Below are positions 1 to 9,328 of a DNA stretch of 64,000 bases, in pieces. The translations under genes and the position numbers were made by a program. Position 1 is the first letter of the stretch. Each line of letters opens with the position of its first letter. The notes under the pieces were generated by a model, which saw only the letters and a program-made list of their open reading frames with translations, ran no database searches and was not told the DNA's origin. This DNA is from a virus (Duplodnaviria > Heunggongvirae > Uroviricota > Caudoviricetes). The stretch covers positions 46,234 to 110,233 of IMG/VR virus record IMGVR_UViG_3300042887_002597, one strand, 5' to 3'.

Positions 1-2864
1 AGAATCCTATCTAACTCTTTCATTTGTGGTCCAGTTAAGATAGTCTTCATTTCCGACCATACATGACGAGGTGGAACAAAATAGTTTGGATATAGGTCAG
101 TTCTTTTAAAGGTCGTATCGTATAGACATAGTTTAACGTGCGCTAATCCTGTTCTTGGATTGCCTGATCTATAGAACTTCAGTTTATCTGTTAAATGCTC
201 TGCTTGTATTTCTTCTAGGTCATATTTGTTTATTCCAGAATCAGCTTCTTGTCCCCACGCTATTGAGCTATGATTAAAATTTGCAGTTACGTTTATTGTT
301 CGAGTTCGTCTTGGTACTGTAAATGTTTTATTTACAGCAAAAAATGCTGCTGCGCCTGTGTCTGAAACTGGAAAATTGCCATTTGCTAATTGTGCAAAGT
401 AGTCTATTGGGTAGTTTTGTCTTAGAAACTCTTGACCAATTGTTATGCCTGGCCCACTTCCATCTCCATAAGCGTACTTGTATAACGTAAACAACTCCTG
501 TCCGCCTTTGTAAGTTACCGGCGTGTAGTCATTTGCCAAGGTTAGTTTTGTTGTTTTTTGAAAAAGTCTAGTAAGAACTGTCGATAAGAATACCTTTTCT
601 TTTACTGCAAAGATATCATCTTCATTAGGCCCATTTAAAGTGTCCATGCCTAATTGCTCTCCAAAAGCATCTACATACTCTAACTCAAAGCTCACCGTAT
701 CGTTGCATTTTGGAAACACATCAATGCGTGTCATTCTAGTTAAGTCGTACTTTGGATCAATTGCACCCTTTCCACCTTCAGCCATTTGCTTTAGTCCGTT
801 GAAATCAACTACTAAAGTGTTGAGAAACTTATCAGGTGCTGCTGGTGCAAATATGTAGTTGTCGATTATCTCTCCTCCCTGTATGCTTTCATACACATAA
901 AACCTTAGTATGTTATACACGTAATTATAGTAATTACTAAATTGAACACCTAGGTCTGGGCTTGTTAGGTCGTATGGTTGTGCTGTTTTTTTTGCAAATG
1001 TAGTGGATAAGTCTCTAGCTCTCTGGTATCTGTTGCTTTGTAATACAATCCCTAAAAGAGGTGCATTGTTATTAAGAACATCGCTTATGCTGTTAATAGT
1101 ATCCCCTGTATAATCTGTTATGTGGTAAGATACTAATGCAAATACTAACGAAACTAACGTATCGTAATTTTCACCTTCAGACTCCTCGCTTAAGTTTAGG
1201 TTAAATAAATTATTAAGAACTTGCACTACTCTCTGGTATACGAGTTCTTCGGCTACTCTAAATCTTTTATCTAATTGTGCTTTTATTTGAGCTTGTGCTG
1301 CCAAGCGCGTGTTGCTATTGCCTGATTGAATACCACTATCAATGAGCGGTAAAAAAGACGTTAGTTCTGGGTACTTAGCGCTCTGCTCCGGTGTAAGATT
1401 TCCTGCAAATAGGGTGCTGTTAAACACATCTACAAAATCCTTTCCTTCGCGGTTTTGTGATCGTGTATATAGCTCTTGCATGATTGGATATTTCCATGCA
1501 GGTGGAGTGTAGAAAAACGGATACTCTTCAAATGGTGGAATACCAATTTGGTTTAATTTAGTGTTTGTTCTGGATGCAATGTTGTTTGATGGTATCAAAT
1601 TAATGCCAATTGATCCAATAGGTGTTGATACTTGTGGTAATGTCCTTAAGCTATCACTTTCAGTCTTTGCAGCCCAAAACGTATTATTAATACGATCAAA
1701 TAAATCTTGATCTCCAGGGCCTGGGCCTTGATATGGCCCAAATTTGATTCTAAATTCATAAGAGCTTATACCCAATCCAACGTAAGCAAAGAAATTTCCA
1801 ACTAAATTTTCTACTCCACAAACTTTGCCATCCGCAAACGCATTTATATTTGACAAATCAATTGCTTGTGTCATTCTGCTTACTGGGTCATCGTTTCGTT
1901 GTACTGGTGGTTTGGTAAAGTAAGTCTTTACTTCCTTCATCTCGTGAAACAATCCTAACTTGCCAGTATTTGCATTAAAATCATCTACATACCTTTTAGA
2001 CGGAAAAAAACAAGCAAACTCATCTCCAGGATCCTCATTGCTAATTAAATTTGGTTTATTGTTACCATAATGCCAATTGTAGAAGGAGTTTAGCAATTCT
2101 GGTAAAGTTCCTTGCTTCCAGTTCTGGTAGAAGTAGTTGAAGTTTACCCATGCGTTGGAGCTACAAAATCGAAACGGCAGCTCCGGTTGAGTAGTTATGT
2201 ATTGGTCTGCTGATGTCCATAGTTTGTTCTCAATTAGAATACTTGCAAAGTTTTTGCTATCGTTAATTGTTGGTGAAAACTCACTAACAACTATACCGTT
2301 TGTAAGCGTCCAATTATCTGTTCCAGCTTCTCCACTGCTATTTTTTATTAAGTTATTATACAACTCTGGAACTCTGAGTCTATTATAGATGTTGATTGCT
2401 AAAGCTGCTGTTGTGGTGGTGCCAGTATCGTTGCTCACTTCTAACGTGTAGTCTCCTGTAAGGTTTTGTGTAGCTTGGTCAGTTGTGAAGGTTATATTGT
2501 TGTATCCTCTATAATTGTTAAGATTGTTTACGCTGTGGATATAAGATCCATTCTTAAGCCATTTAAACCTCAGATTGCTGGTGTCCCATGGATTTTCAAT
2601 GTTGTCAGGATCTAGTGCTGTTACTGTGATTGTAAACGCTGTGCCTTCTAAGAGACTTATGCTATTGAGATCGTTTACGACTTTTTTGAAGTTACCACTT
2701 GTGTCTACAAGAGTTGTTTGCTCTACCTTATATTGTGTACTTGCTCCATCTTCAGCGGGTAGTATCACAGGAGCTCCTGTGCGTTCGCTGTATAGAGCAA
2801 AGTTTGGCTTGAGACCTCCCTTTTGAAACGTCTTGGTTGGTTTTATCTTAATTACCCTTTGCAT
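1..2864 (-). CDS. very large virion structural protein (tail fibre-like), C-terminally truncated by window start
   Basis: My own translation of the minus strand gives an uninterrupted ORF from ATG (rc of 2862-2864) to position 1, at least 954 aa, Asn/Thr/Tyr-rich beta-type composition, N-term MQRVIKIKPTKTFQKGG. It sits in the tail module. Confidence 0.75.
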   Translation of the reverse strand, partial: MQRVIKIKPTKTFQKGGLKPNFALYSERTGAPVILPAEDGASTQYKVEQTTLVDTSGNFKKVVNDLNSISLLEGTAFTITVTALDPDNIENPWDTSNLRFKWLKNGSYIHSVNNLNNYRGYNNITFTTDQATQNLTGDYTLEVSNDTGTTTTAALAINIYNRLRVPELYNNLIKNSSGEAGTDNWTLTNGIVVSEFSPTINDSKNFASILIENKLWTSADQYITTQPELPFRFCSSNAWVNFNYFYQNWKQGTLPELLNSFYNWHYGNNKPNLISNEDPGDEFACFFPSKRYVDDFNANTGKLGLFHEMKEVKTYFTKPPVQRNDDPVSRMTQAIDLSNINAFADGKVCGVENLVGNFFAYVGLGISSYEFRIKFGPYQGPGPGDQDLFDRINNTFWAAKTESDSLRTLPQVSTPIGSIGINLIPSNNIASRTNTKLNQIGIPPFEEYPFFYTPPAWKYPIMQELYTRSQNREGKDFVDVFNSTLFAGNLTPEQSAKYPELTSFLPLIDSGIQSGNSNTRLAAQAQIKAQLDKRFRVAEELVYQRVVQVLNNLFNLNLSEESEGENYDTLVSLVFALVSYHITDYTGDTINSISDVLNNNAPLLGIVLQSNRYQRARDLSTTFAKKTAQPYDLTSPDLGVQFSNYYNYVYNILRFYVYESIQGGEIIDNYIFAPAAPDKFLNTLVVDFNGLKQMAEGGKGAIDPKYDLTRMTRIDVFPKCNDTVSFELEYVDAFGEQLGMDTLNGPNEDDIFAVKEKVFLSTVLTRLFQKTTKLTLANDYTPVTYKGGQELFTLYKYAYGDGSGPGITIGQEFLRQNYPIDYFAQLANGNFPVSDTGAAAFFAVNKTFTVPRRTRTINVTANFNHSSIAWGQEADSGINKYDLEEIQAEHLTDKLKFYRSGNPRTGLAHVKLCLYDTTFKRTDLYPNYFVPPRHVWSEMKTILTGPQMKELDRI

Positions 2865-2872
2865 GTATATAA

Positions 2873-5473
2873 TTATGGGTATTCTATTTTTGGTGTTCTA
2901 AAATAAACCAGTCCGGTTGATCCAAAGTCTATCTTAGCCGTTACCGTATCTTCCGTAGTTACCTCTCCTCCACCGTAGCCTGGTTCATTTCCCCAATGCC
3001 TTACTCCTGCGTATATTGCTGCTATTTGGTTTGATGGTATGTCAACTTGAAACTTTCTTACAGACTCACTGTATCCCTCTCTTGGATACATTCCCATACG
3101 ACGCACAACGCCTGGGCGTCCTATATCTGTGTTTGGAGTACCGTCAACAAAGTTATCGATACGTGCTTCGTACTGTGTAACTGGTGCAGGCCATAAATGT
3201 GCCAATCTTCCTGGACCCACTTCACCAGTATACTCACTTAATTCATTGGCCAGTTCCACTGTTAAGTATGGAAACACTTTTCTTTTCCACCCTTCTCCAC
3301 CAAAAGCTTGAACTTCTATTCTAATAACATGTTCTCCGGAAAAGTTTGTGTATGCTGGTTCTTGGTCTGTACCTTTTCCTACTGCTACTGACCCGTCTGA
3401 TGCGTAGGTTAGTGTGTCATATATTAGAGTGTTTGTAGTTATGTCTGTTATTCTGATTCGTCCGTTTATATCATCGTCATCGTGACTATCTCGCATACCG
3501 TCTCTAAATCCCCACCATCCTGCGTTATCAAATTTTCTATAAAAGCTAATGTATACGATGCCTTGTATATCTAATATTGTCGATAAGCCGGTGATGTTGC
3601 TCGCTGCGTCTTCAAAGGTAACTTGCGACGTATACACGTCTATTGGACTCGGTCTCGCTTCTACCTCTTTTGGTACTACCTCAACCAAACCTCTTTTAAA
3701 ACCACTTATGTCTTGTGTTGTGGGTATGATAGGTTCCAATACAAGTCCTAAGCCAGTAGCCATTGCGTGCGATGAGTTTCCTGGTCTTATTTGCTCTCCT
3801 AATGGTCGATCTTTGTATTGTGAACCTTGGTTTTGTTGAAAAACAGAGAGTACTGATTTTCTATATTCCTTGAATAGGAGCTTTATGTAAGGCTTTCTCC
3901 AAATTTCCAAATCAAAAAGATCGTTAGATATTATATCAGGTGCAATTTCGTTCATTCTAGTTGTCGAAATGTCAAACCGTATAGTAACTCTAATTTTATT
4001 TGTTCTTGTGTTGAGTTTGCTAATTACAAAGTCCTTGTATTCTGCATACTGCCCGTAGGCATAATGCTCTTGCTTGTTGGGGTATATTTTGTTGTAGAGA
4101 TTCAATACCTGAGCTTGTCCTCCTTCTATAGGTTTTAGTATCACTACATCGTTGTCAGCTGTCTTAACAGATGGTATTGGTGGTTGTACTGGGTCTGTTT
4201 GAGTTTGTTTATATAGTGATGAGAGTGCATCTACTATCTGTATATTATCGACAAGCTTTTCTTCTCCATTTTCGTAAATGGTGCTTTGTAGTGGTGTCTC
4301 TCCTTCGTATTCTTGCACAATTACTGTTACAACCTCTTCTAAAAAAGCAGGTCCTGCTAAAACAAAGTTCTCATATGAAATTCTAGGTGCGTTTGAGTAG
4401 TAAAATTCCTCCTTATTTCGCTCGTCTGGGCCTAGTATGTCAATTGTTGGAATAAAGCGTGTAATAGCGTTTCCAAGTATGCAACCAAAGTATGCTCTAA
4501 CCCCTTTTGATCCATAAGCTTTACCGCTAATATAATCGGTAATTTCGCTAAGGTCTACGTCTTGGTATATTGCTGCTTGATTTGTTCCACCGGTTGCTAT
4601 ATATTGAATCGGCCCTCTTGTAAAATACGCAGCGTTTCTCTTAAGTAAATCTGCAGGAGCAAAGCCGGTTATGCCATTTGCTCTAACGTTAAACGGATGT
4701 GGGTATATTTCACCTGGTGCATGTCCAAATACTGATGCGTTTGGTTGCTTTGCCTTTGCCTCTTGCTCTTTTGTAAGCATTGGTTTTGTCGTAACATCGC
4801 CAATAAGAGTTGTCCAATTATTGGTTGTATCTAGAGCAAATCCATTTTGGATTGCATTTCTACGATTAAATGGTGCAAATGGATCATCTGATCGGATTGG
4901 ATCGAGAACTTCAATTGTTATATCTTCTGATGTTACTTGTCCTATATCGTTAGTTACTGTGCAGGTGTATGTTCCTTGCATTCTTTTTGTGACATTTACA
5001 AACTCAAGTACATTATCTAAAGGACGTCTCTTATCTACTCTCTCATCCAAAAAGGACGGTTCTACGTCAAATACTAAATTACCATCAACCAGCCATTCAT
5101 ATCTAAGGTCTCCTGAGGCAGGTTTTATAATGGGTATGCCATTTTCTACATTAAGTACGTTTGGCTGTTGTGCTGATACTGCTAACTTAAACGATGATCC
5201 TACAACCACCCTAATAGTTCCAGTACTATCATAATATAAATTATTCTGCCCAGGTTCAAAGCTTTGATCGCTTACAATCTGTGGCTCTGAGCTTTCGTAA
5301 ACGTTTTTTGTGAAAATTGGAACGTCGTTTAACTCATACGGAAACAAGTTATACACAGTTTGGTTTTCATTTGTAGTTGAAAACTCAATCTGCGGTATGG
5401 ACGCTGATACATAAGCACCCTCTGCATCATTCAAGTCCGCTATTAGGTACTTTCCGTTTAAGGTTCTAGCCAT
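2873..5473 (-). CDS. large virion structural protein (tail/fibre associated)
   Basis: 866-aa ORF with beta-rich, N/T/Y-rich composition. Tightly packed against neighbouring structural genes (8-nt gap to the downstream gene). Confidence 0.8.
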   Translation of the reverse strand: MARTLNGKYLIADLNDAEGAYVSASIPQIEFSTTNENQTVYNLFPYELNDVPIFTKNVYESSEPQIVSDQSFEPGQNNLYYDSTGTIRVVVGSSFKLAVSAQQPNVLNVENGIPIIKPASGDLRYEWLVDGNLVFDVEPSFLDERVDKRRPLDNVLEFVNVTKRMQGTYTCTVTNDIGQVTSEDITIEVLDPIRSDDPFAPFNRRNAIQNGFALDTTNNWTTLIGDVTTKPMLTKEQEAKAKQPNASVFGHAPGEIYPHPFNVRANGITGFAPADLLKRNAAYFTRGPIQYIATGGTNQAAIYQDVDLSEITDYISGKAYGSKGVRAYFGCILGNAITRFIPTIDILGPDERNKEEFYYSNAPRISYENFVLAGPAFLEEVVTVIVQEYEGETPLQSTIYENGEEKLVDNIQIVDALSSLYKQTQTDPVQPPIPSVKTADNDVVILKPIEGGQAQVLNLYNKIYPNKQEHYAYGQYAEYKDFVISKLNTRTNKIRVTIRFDISTTRMNEIAPDIISNDLFDLEIWRKPYIKLLFKEYRKSVLSVFQQNQGSQYKDRPLGEQIRPGNSSHAMATGLGLVLEPIIPTTQDISGFKRGLVEVVPKEVEARPSPIDVYTSQVTFEDAASNITGLSTILDIQGIVYISFYRKFDNAGWWGFRDGMRDSHDDDDINGRIRITDITTNTLIYDTLTYASDGSVAVGKGTDQEPAYTNFSGEHVIRIEVQAFGGEGWKRKVFPYLTVELANELSEYTGEVGPGRLAHLWPAPVTQYEARIDNFVDGTPNTDIGRPGVVRRMGMYPREGYSESVRKFQVDIPSNQIAAIYAGVRHWGNEPGYGGGEVTTEDTVTAKIDFGSTGLVYFRTPKIEYP

Positions 5474-6570
5474 TATCGTACTACTTTAAAGATCCAATTT
5501 TTATCGTAGACGTACTCTTCTGCTGAAGATGTCTTTGATTTAATTAGCAATCTGTAGTATCTTTCTGGGGCTAATCCGTTAAAGTTTAGAATGAAGTAAC
5601 TACCGTTGCCATCAGCACTAATTTTTGTGTTAGTTTCATCAAATGGAATCACTACATCACTTGTGTGTGCATCCCTTACACTATAAAAACTTGAACTAGG
5701 TAAGCGATATACATCGTAGTAGTAGCTCATTGTTGTGTATGTACGATCTGGGTATTTTGGCCTTGCTGATACGTTAATCCTCGCTTTAGAGTCTTCAACG
5801 TACTGAGGTTGTAAATTGCTTAGGTTTACTGCAACCTCTTCGTTATAGTTAACGAGAGTAGATGAGGTAAGATATAATGAATCATCGTATCTCATCTCCA
5901 GTCTAGGTCCATATACTGTGTGAGTATCTTTGCTGAAGAACCTTAGACTATTGAAGGTGTTTGAGCTTTGTTCGTCGACATCGCTCTTTTTGATTATAAA
6001 ACCTTCATTGACCTTTGTGCCAGCAATCCATTGTCTTACTGCAGTAGTTACATCCATCAACACATCTGTTGTTTGATAATCAAAGCTTTGAGAGTGTGCT
6101 GATGCTGTAAACCAAGTACCTCCTCCAGGATTTACTGCCCAACTTCCAATTGTTCCATCTGCAAAAGAAGCTGTTAACCATGCTGATGCTGTATTTGCAC
6201 TTGTCAATCTATAATTCCATGACACCCCATCACTGCTGGTGATAGCTGTAGTATACCTTCCAGTGCCCATATTCCAACTTTGCGATATTGGATATGCAAA
6301 TAACGTATAGCTTGTGGGAATCTCACTTGGCTCTGTGGCTGTTAGCCTTAGGTAATAACTTGCTGTTTGTGTTAATAATGCAGAGTCGAAGTTATTCGTA
6401 AAGTTCGATAAGTCAAACTTAACAGCAATTCTTGAATTATAATATACGTTAGTAGACCCTGATACTGTTGATGTTTTATTTATCTCCAACACAGCATCTA
6501 AACCAGTATTAAGTGATGGATACTGTTCGTATAGGGTTGCGTCTTTTACGCTAAAAATGCTGTATATCAT
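5473..6570 (-). CDS. virion structural protein
   Basis: 365-aa ORF, S/T/Y-rich. Its start overlaps the upstream gene's stop (ATGA-type overlap), consistent with an operon. Confidence 0.75.
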   Translation of the reverse strand: MIYSIFSVKDATLYEQYPSLNTGLDAVLEINKTSTVSGSTNVYYNSRIAVKFDLSNFTNNFDSALLTQTASYYLRLTATEPSEIPTSYTLFAYPISQSWNMGTGRYTTAITSSDGVSWNYRLTSANTASAWLTASFADGTIGSWAVNPGGGTWFTASAHSQSFDYQTTDVLMDVTTAVRQWIAGTKVNEGFIIKKSDVDEQSSNTFNSLRFFSKDTHTVYGPRLEMRYDDSLYLTSSTLVNYNEEVAVNLSNLQPQYVEDSKARINVSARPKYPDRTYTTMSYYYDVYRLPSSSFYSVRDAHTSDVVIPFDETNTKISADGNGSYFILNFNGLAPERYYRLLIKSKTSSAEEYVYDKNWIFKVVR

Positions 6571-6571
6571 A

Positions 6572-8458
6572 TTAGAAAGATGTTATTCTGCCTTCGATGT
6601 CTCTGTCTGGGAATTTTACTTCAAAGATAGCTGGATCTAGGCTTGGGTATGTTATTCCGTTTTTGGTTGCTCCTGCTATATCGTAGAGCACGTCACTATA
6701 TCCATCAGCTACGCTATTTAGGTTTTGGATTGCTAAATTAGAAACTGTCTGTACCCCTTTCACTCCCAATAATGCCATCATAATTTCACTATGCACAATA
6801 GGTTGATTGATTTGCCATCTATCAACATTAAAGTGATCTTTTAATCTCTGTATGCAGCGAGCTAGGACTTCATTACTATTGAAGTTAGGGCTTGGAAGTA
6901 TATCAAATTTAACTCCAATATTAATAATATAGGCATCTCTGATGTTGATGCTATCGGTGAGCATTCTGTAGTGATCCAAATAATTTGCTAAGTTGGTCTT
7001 TACCGCCTTGTTTACCGTAGAGCATTGCTTGCTATCGTTATATCCTAACACAAACAAATTTAGTGCCAATGGATTTGCTACCGTATCATTAACCTCCGAT
7101 GTACCTATGTTATTTTGCTCATCAGGCGCTATGAAAGCCTTGGCTACTGAACCAAATATACTTGGCATTGAGTAACAACGCACGATATAATCCTCTCTAG
7201 TAACAGCCCTATTTTGTGAAGAAAACTGTGCTAATGCATTTTGTCTTATCTCCTCTATTGTCTCTTCATTCCTACCTCCAGCAGCTGCAGTTGTATTGTT
7301 TACAATAACACTCTGTATTACTGTGTTGTTGAGTGTTGCTGTGTTTGTTGGTAATGTTGAGTTTGTAGTGTCTATTGACGTAATCTCTGTAATTGTGTTT
7401 GACGGTACATTGGAAGCTACGCCTCCTCCTGTGTAGTAGCTAACTGTTAGAGTTGTGTTTGATGGAGCTATTCCATATGTAGATGTTAGTAGTGGATTGC
7501 TTGGATCCAAAGATGCATCTGTATCTGCTTTACCGGTTGCAGTAGCTATTGCAATCTGTTCTGGCGTTGCCAACAACTCTTCGTCTGGTGTATTTGATAC
7601 TCCAGAGCCAAACTGTATTTCCAATCCACCCTCTACTACACGAGTTATAAACCTTCTTGGTACTTTTTTTAATCTAAGAAGGTATGGAGTTTCGTTACTA
7701 TAAACTGCTGCGTCTGGGTCATTGTATGCTGTATTCTCTACTCGCTCAAATATAGTATCTTGAGCTAGGTATGGAACCTCATACCAGGTATTTCCATCTG
7801 AGTCTACTATGCTATCTAATCCTATAATTGGATTCGTAGCAGAAGTTGGTAAAAATACTTTTGTAAACCTTTCGCGAGATGTTATCGTATAAGTTTGCGT
7901 CTGCAAAGCAGCGCTAATCGCTTTGACTGTTTTTTTAGCTAAATAATATATTGGATTACCAGTACTATTATCTATACTATAAACCGAGTATTCTGTGGGA
8001 TTGAATGTGTTATTAATTCTAAAATCAATAGCATCCTGCACAGTAAAGGTAATGCCTGTTCCTGTTGATCTTGCTTCCAAACCTGGTTCAATCTTTAAAC
8101 CGTACCTTATGTCTGGTGTGCTGCCGTTTCCAGAACCACTTGCAGGTATTAGTTGATACACATCTAAATCTACCTGCGCAGGTACCGATAGCTTAGGCTT
8201 GTAGCCAAGTGCTGACGCTATACTCAATAGATTTCTACGCTCTTGAGCGTGCAATAACATAGACTCCTTAAAATTAGCGTCTGTGTAGTATCCCAACACA
8301 TCACCTACATAAGCTGCTAAATCAATAAACAACGATCCTGGTGACGCTTCGTTAAAGTCTGTGTAGGAATCCGGATAGTAAGCTCTAGCAAACTCAATTA
8401 AACCTTGTTTAATGGAATCGAAATCTCTTCCGTAGTATTTTATATCTTGATTAGCCAT
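6572..8458 (-). CDS. virion structural protein (baseplate/tail)
   Basis: 628-aa ORF, Thr/Asn-rich. Overlaps the upstream gene by 8 nt. Confidence 0.8.
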   Translation of the reverse strand: MANQDIKYYGRDFDSIKQGLIEFARAYYPDSYTDFNEASPGSLFIDLAAYVGDVLGYYTDANFKESMLLHAQERRNLLSIASALGYKPKLSVPAQVDLDVYQLIPASGSGNGSTPDIRYGLKIEPGLEARSTGTGITFTVQDAIDFRINNTFNPTEYSVYSIDNSTGNPIYYLAKKTVKAISAALQTQTYTITSRERFTKVFLPTSATNPIIGLDSIVDSDGNTWYEVPYLAQDTIFERVENTAYNDPDAAVYSNETPYLLRLKKVPRRFITRVVEGGLEIQFGSGVSNTPDEELLATPEQIAIATATGKADTDASLDPSNPLLTSTYGIAPSNTTLTVSYYTGGGVASNVPSNTITEITSIDTTNSTLPTNTATLNNTVIQSVIVNNTTAAAGGRNEETIEEIRQNALAQFSSQNRAVTREDYIVRCYSMPSIFGSVAKAFIAPDEQNNIGTSEVNDTVANPLALNLFVLGYNDSKQCSTVNKAVKTNLANYLDHYRMLTDSINIRDAYIINIGVKFDILPSPNFNSNEVLARCIQRLKDHFNVDRWQINQPIVHSEIMMALLGVKGVQTVSNLAIQNLNSVADGYSDVLYDIAGATKNGITYPSLDPAIFEVKFPDRDIEGRITSF

Positions 8459-8867
8459 TTACTTCCAATAATATTGATCTTGTATCGAACCCTAACTCAT
8501 CCAAACTTATATCCAACTTAACAAAAAGCGTGTTTGTTTCTGCGTCTGGTGTAAGTTCTAGCTTTTGTATAAATATGTAAGGTAAAAATGTTTGGAAGCT
8601 ATTTCTTATTCTTAGATTTAAAGCTTGTAGAGTTTCTTGTGTGAGGTTTTCAAAAATAGTCTTTTTTAAACCACATCCGAAATCTGGAAGCATTACTCTT
8701 TCGCCAGGCTCAGTTAGCAAAAGGTTTTTGGCATTAGCTTCTGCTTGATCTATCGTAAAGTAGTTTTGCTTAAAAGTCGCTCCTCTCTCTCCCGCTAATG
8801 GAAGATCTAAACCCAAAGCTACGTTCTTCTCTAGGTCTACTGGGTTGACTTGTATAATATATGCCAT
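8451..8867 (-). CDS. hypothetical tail-module protein
   Basis: 138-aa ORF, translationally coupled to its neighbours. Confidence 0.7.
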   Translation of the reverse strand: MAYIIQVNPVDLEKNVALGLDLPLAGERGATFKQNYFTIDQAEANAKNLLLTEPGERVMLPDFGCGLKKTIFENLTQETLQALNLRIRNSFQTFLPYIFIQKLELTPDAETNTLFVKLDISLDELGFDTRSILLEVNG

Positions 8868-9328
8868 TATGGTCTAAAGTTTGGATTGCTTAATTCTTCC
8901 GATCTTTTTAAGACAGATGAATAATCCTTAACAAATATATCTGTTGCTGATGATCCTATTGTTGGAAAGTCTGGGTTTGCTTGCTCCACTGACTCTTCTC
9001 CAAAACCAGCCATTGTTTGTGCTGTTTCGTTTAGTAAATCGCCTAGAGGTCCTCCTACCGTGGTAAATGGCTCATCAAGAGTTACTAGCGGTGTGGTTCT
9101 TTTGTTTACTTGCAAAGCTTGGTTTGGTTTAGGCATAGGCTGCTTACCTTCATTAAGCTTTTTAATCTCAGTACGCACTGCGATTTGAACCTCCTCACGG
9201 ATAAGCTCACGCAACATGGACTTAAATTGACTTAGTTTCATATTTTTGTTTTTTATAAATAGTGCTTTATTGTAGTATTCTGTTAGTAACCTATGACATA
9301 GTCTTGTTTTGATAAGTACCCACGCCAT
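8867..9328 (-). CDS. hypothetical tail-module protein
   Basis: 153-aa ORF immediately downstream of the tape-measure-like gene. Confidence 0.65.
   Translation of the reverse strand: MAWVLIKTRLCHRLLTEYYNKALFIKNKNMKLSQFKSMLRELIREEVQIAVRTEIKKLNEGKQPMPKPNQALQVNKRTTPLVTLDEPFTTVGGPLGDLLNETAQTMAGFGEESVEQANPDFPTIGSSATDIFVKDYSSVLKRSEELSNPNFRP

Noticed and set aside
4671-5234. 187-aa plus-strand ORF, and similar plus-strand ORFs at 38540..39052, 41094..41572 and 40314..40703
   Set aside because: They lie antisense inside long, well-supported minus-strand genes. They have low-complexity Ser/Leu/Cys-rich composition typical of antisense frames in AT-rich DNA, and no promoter or RBS context.
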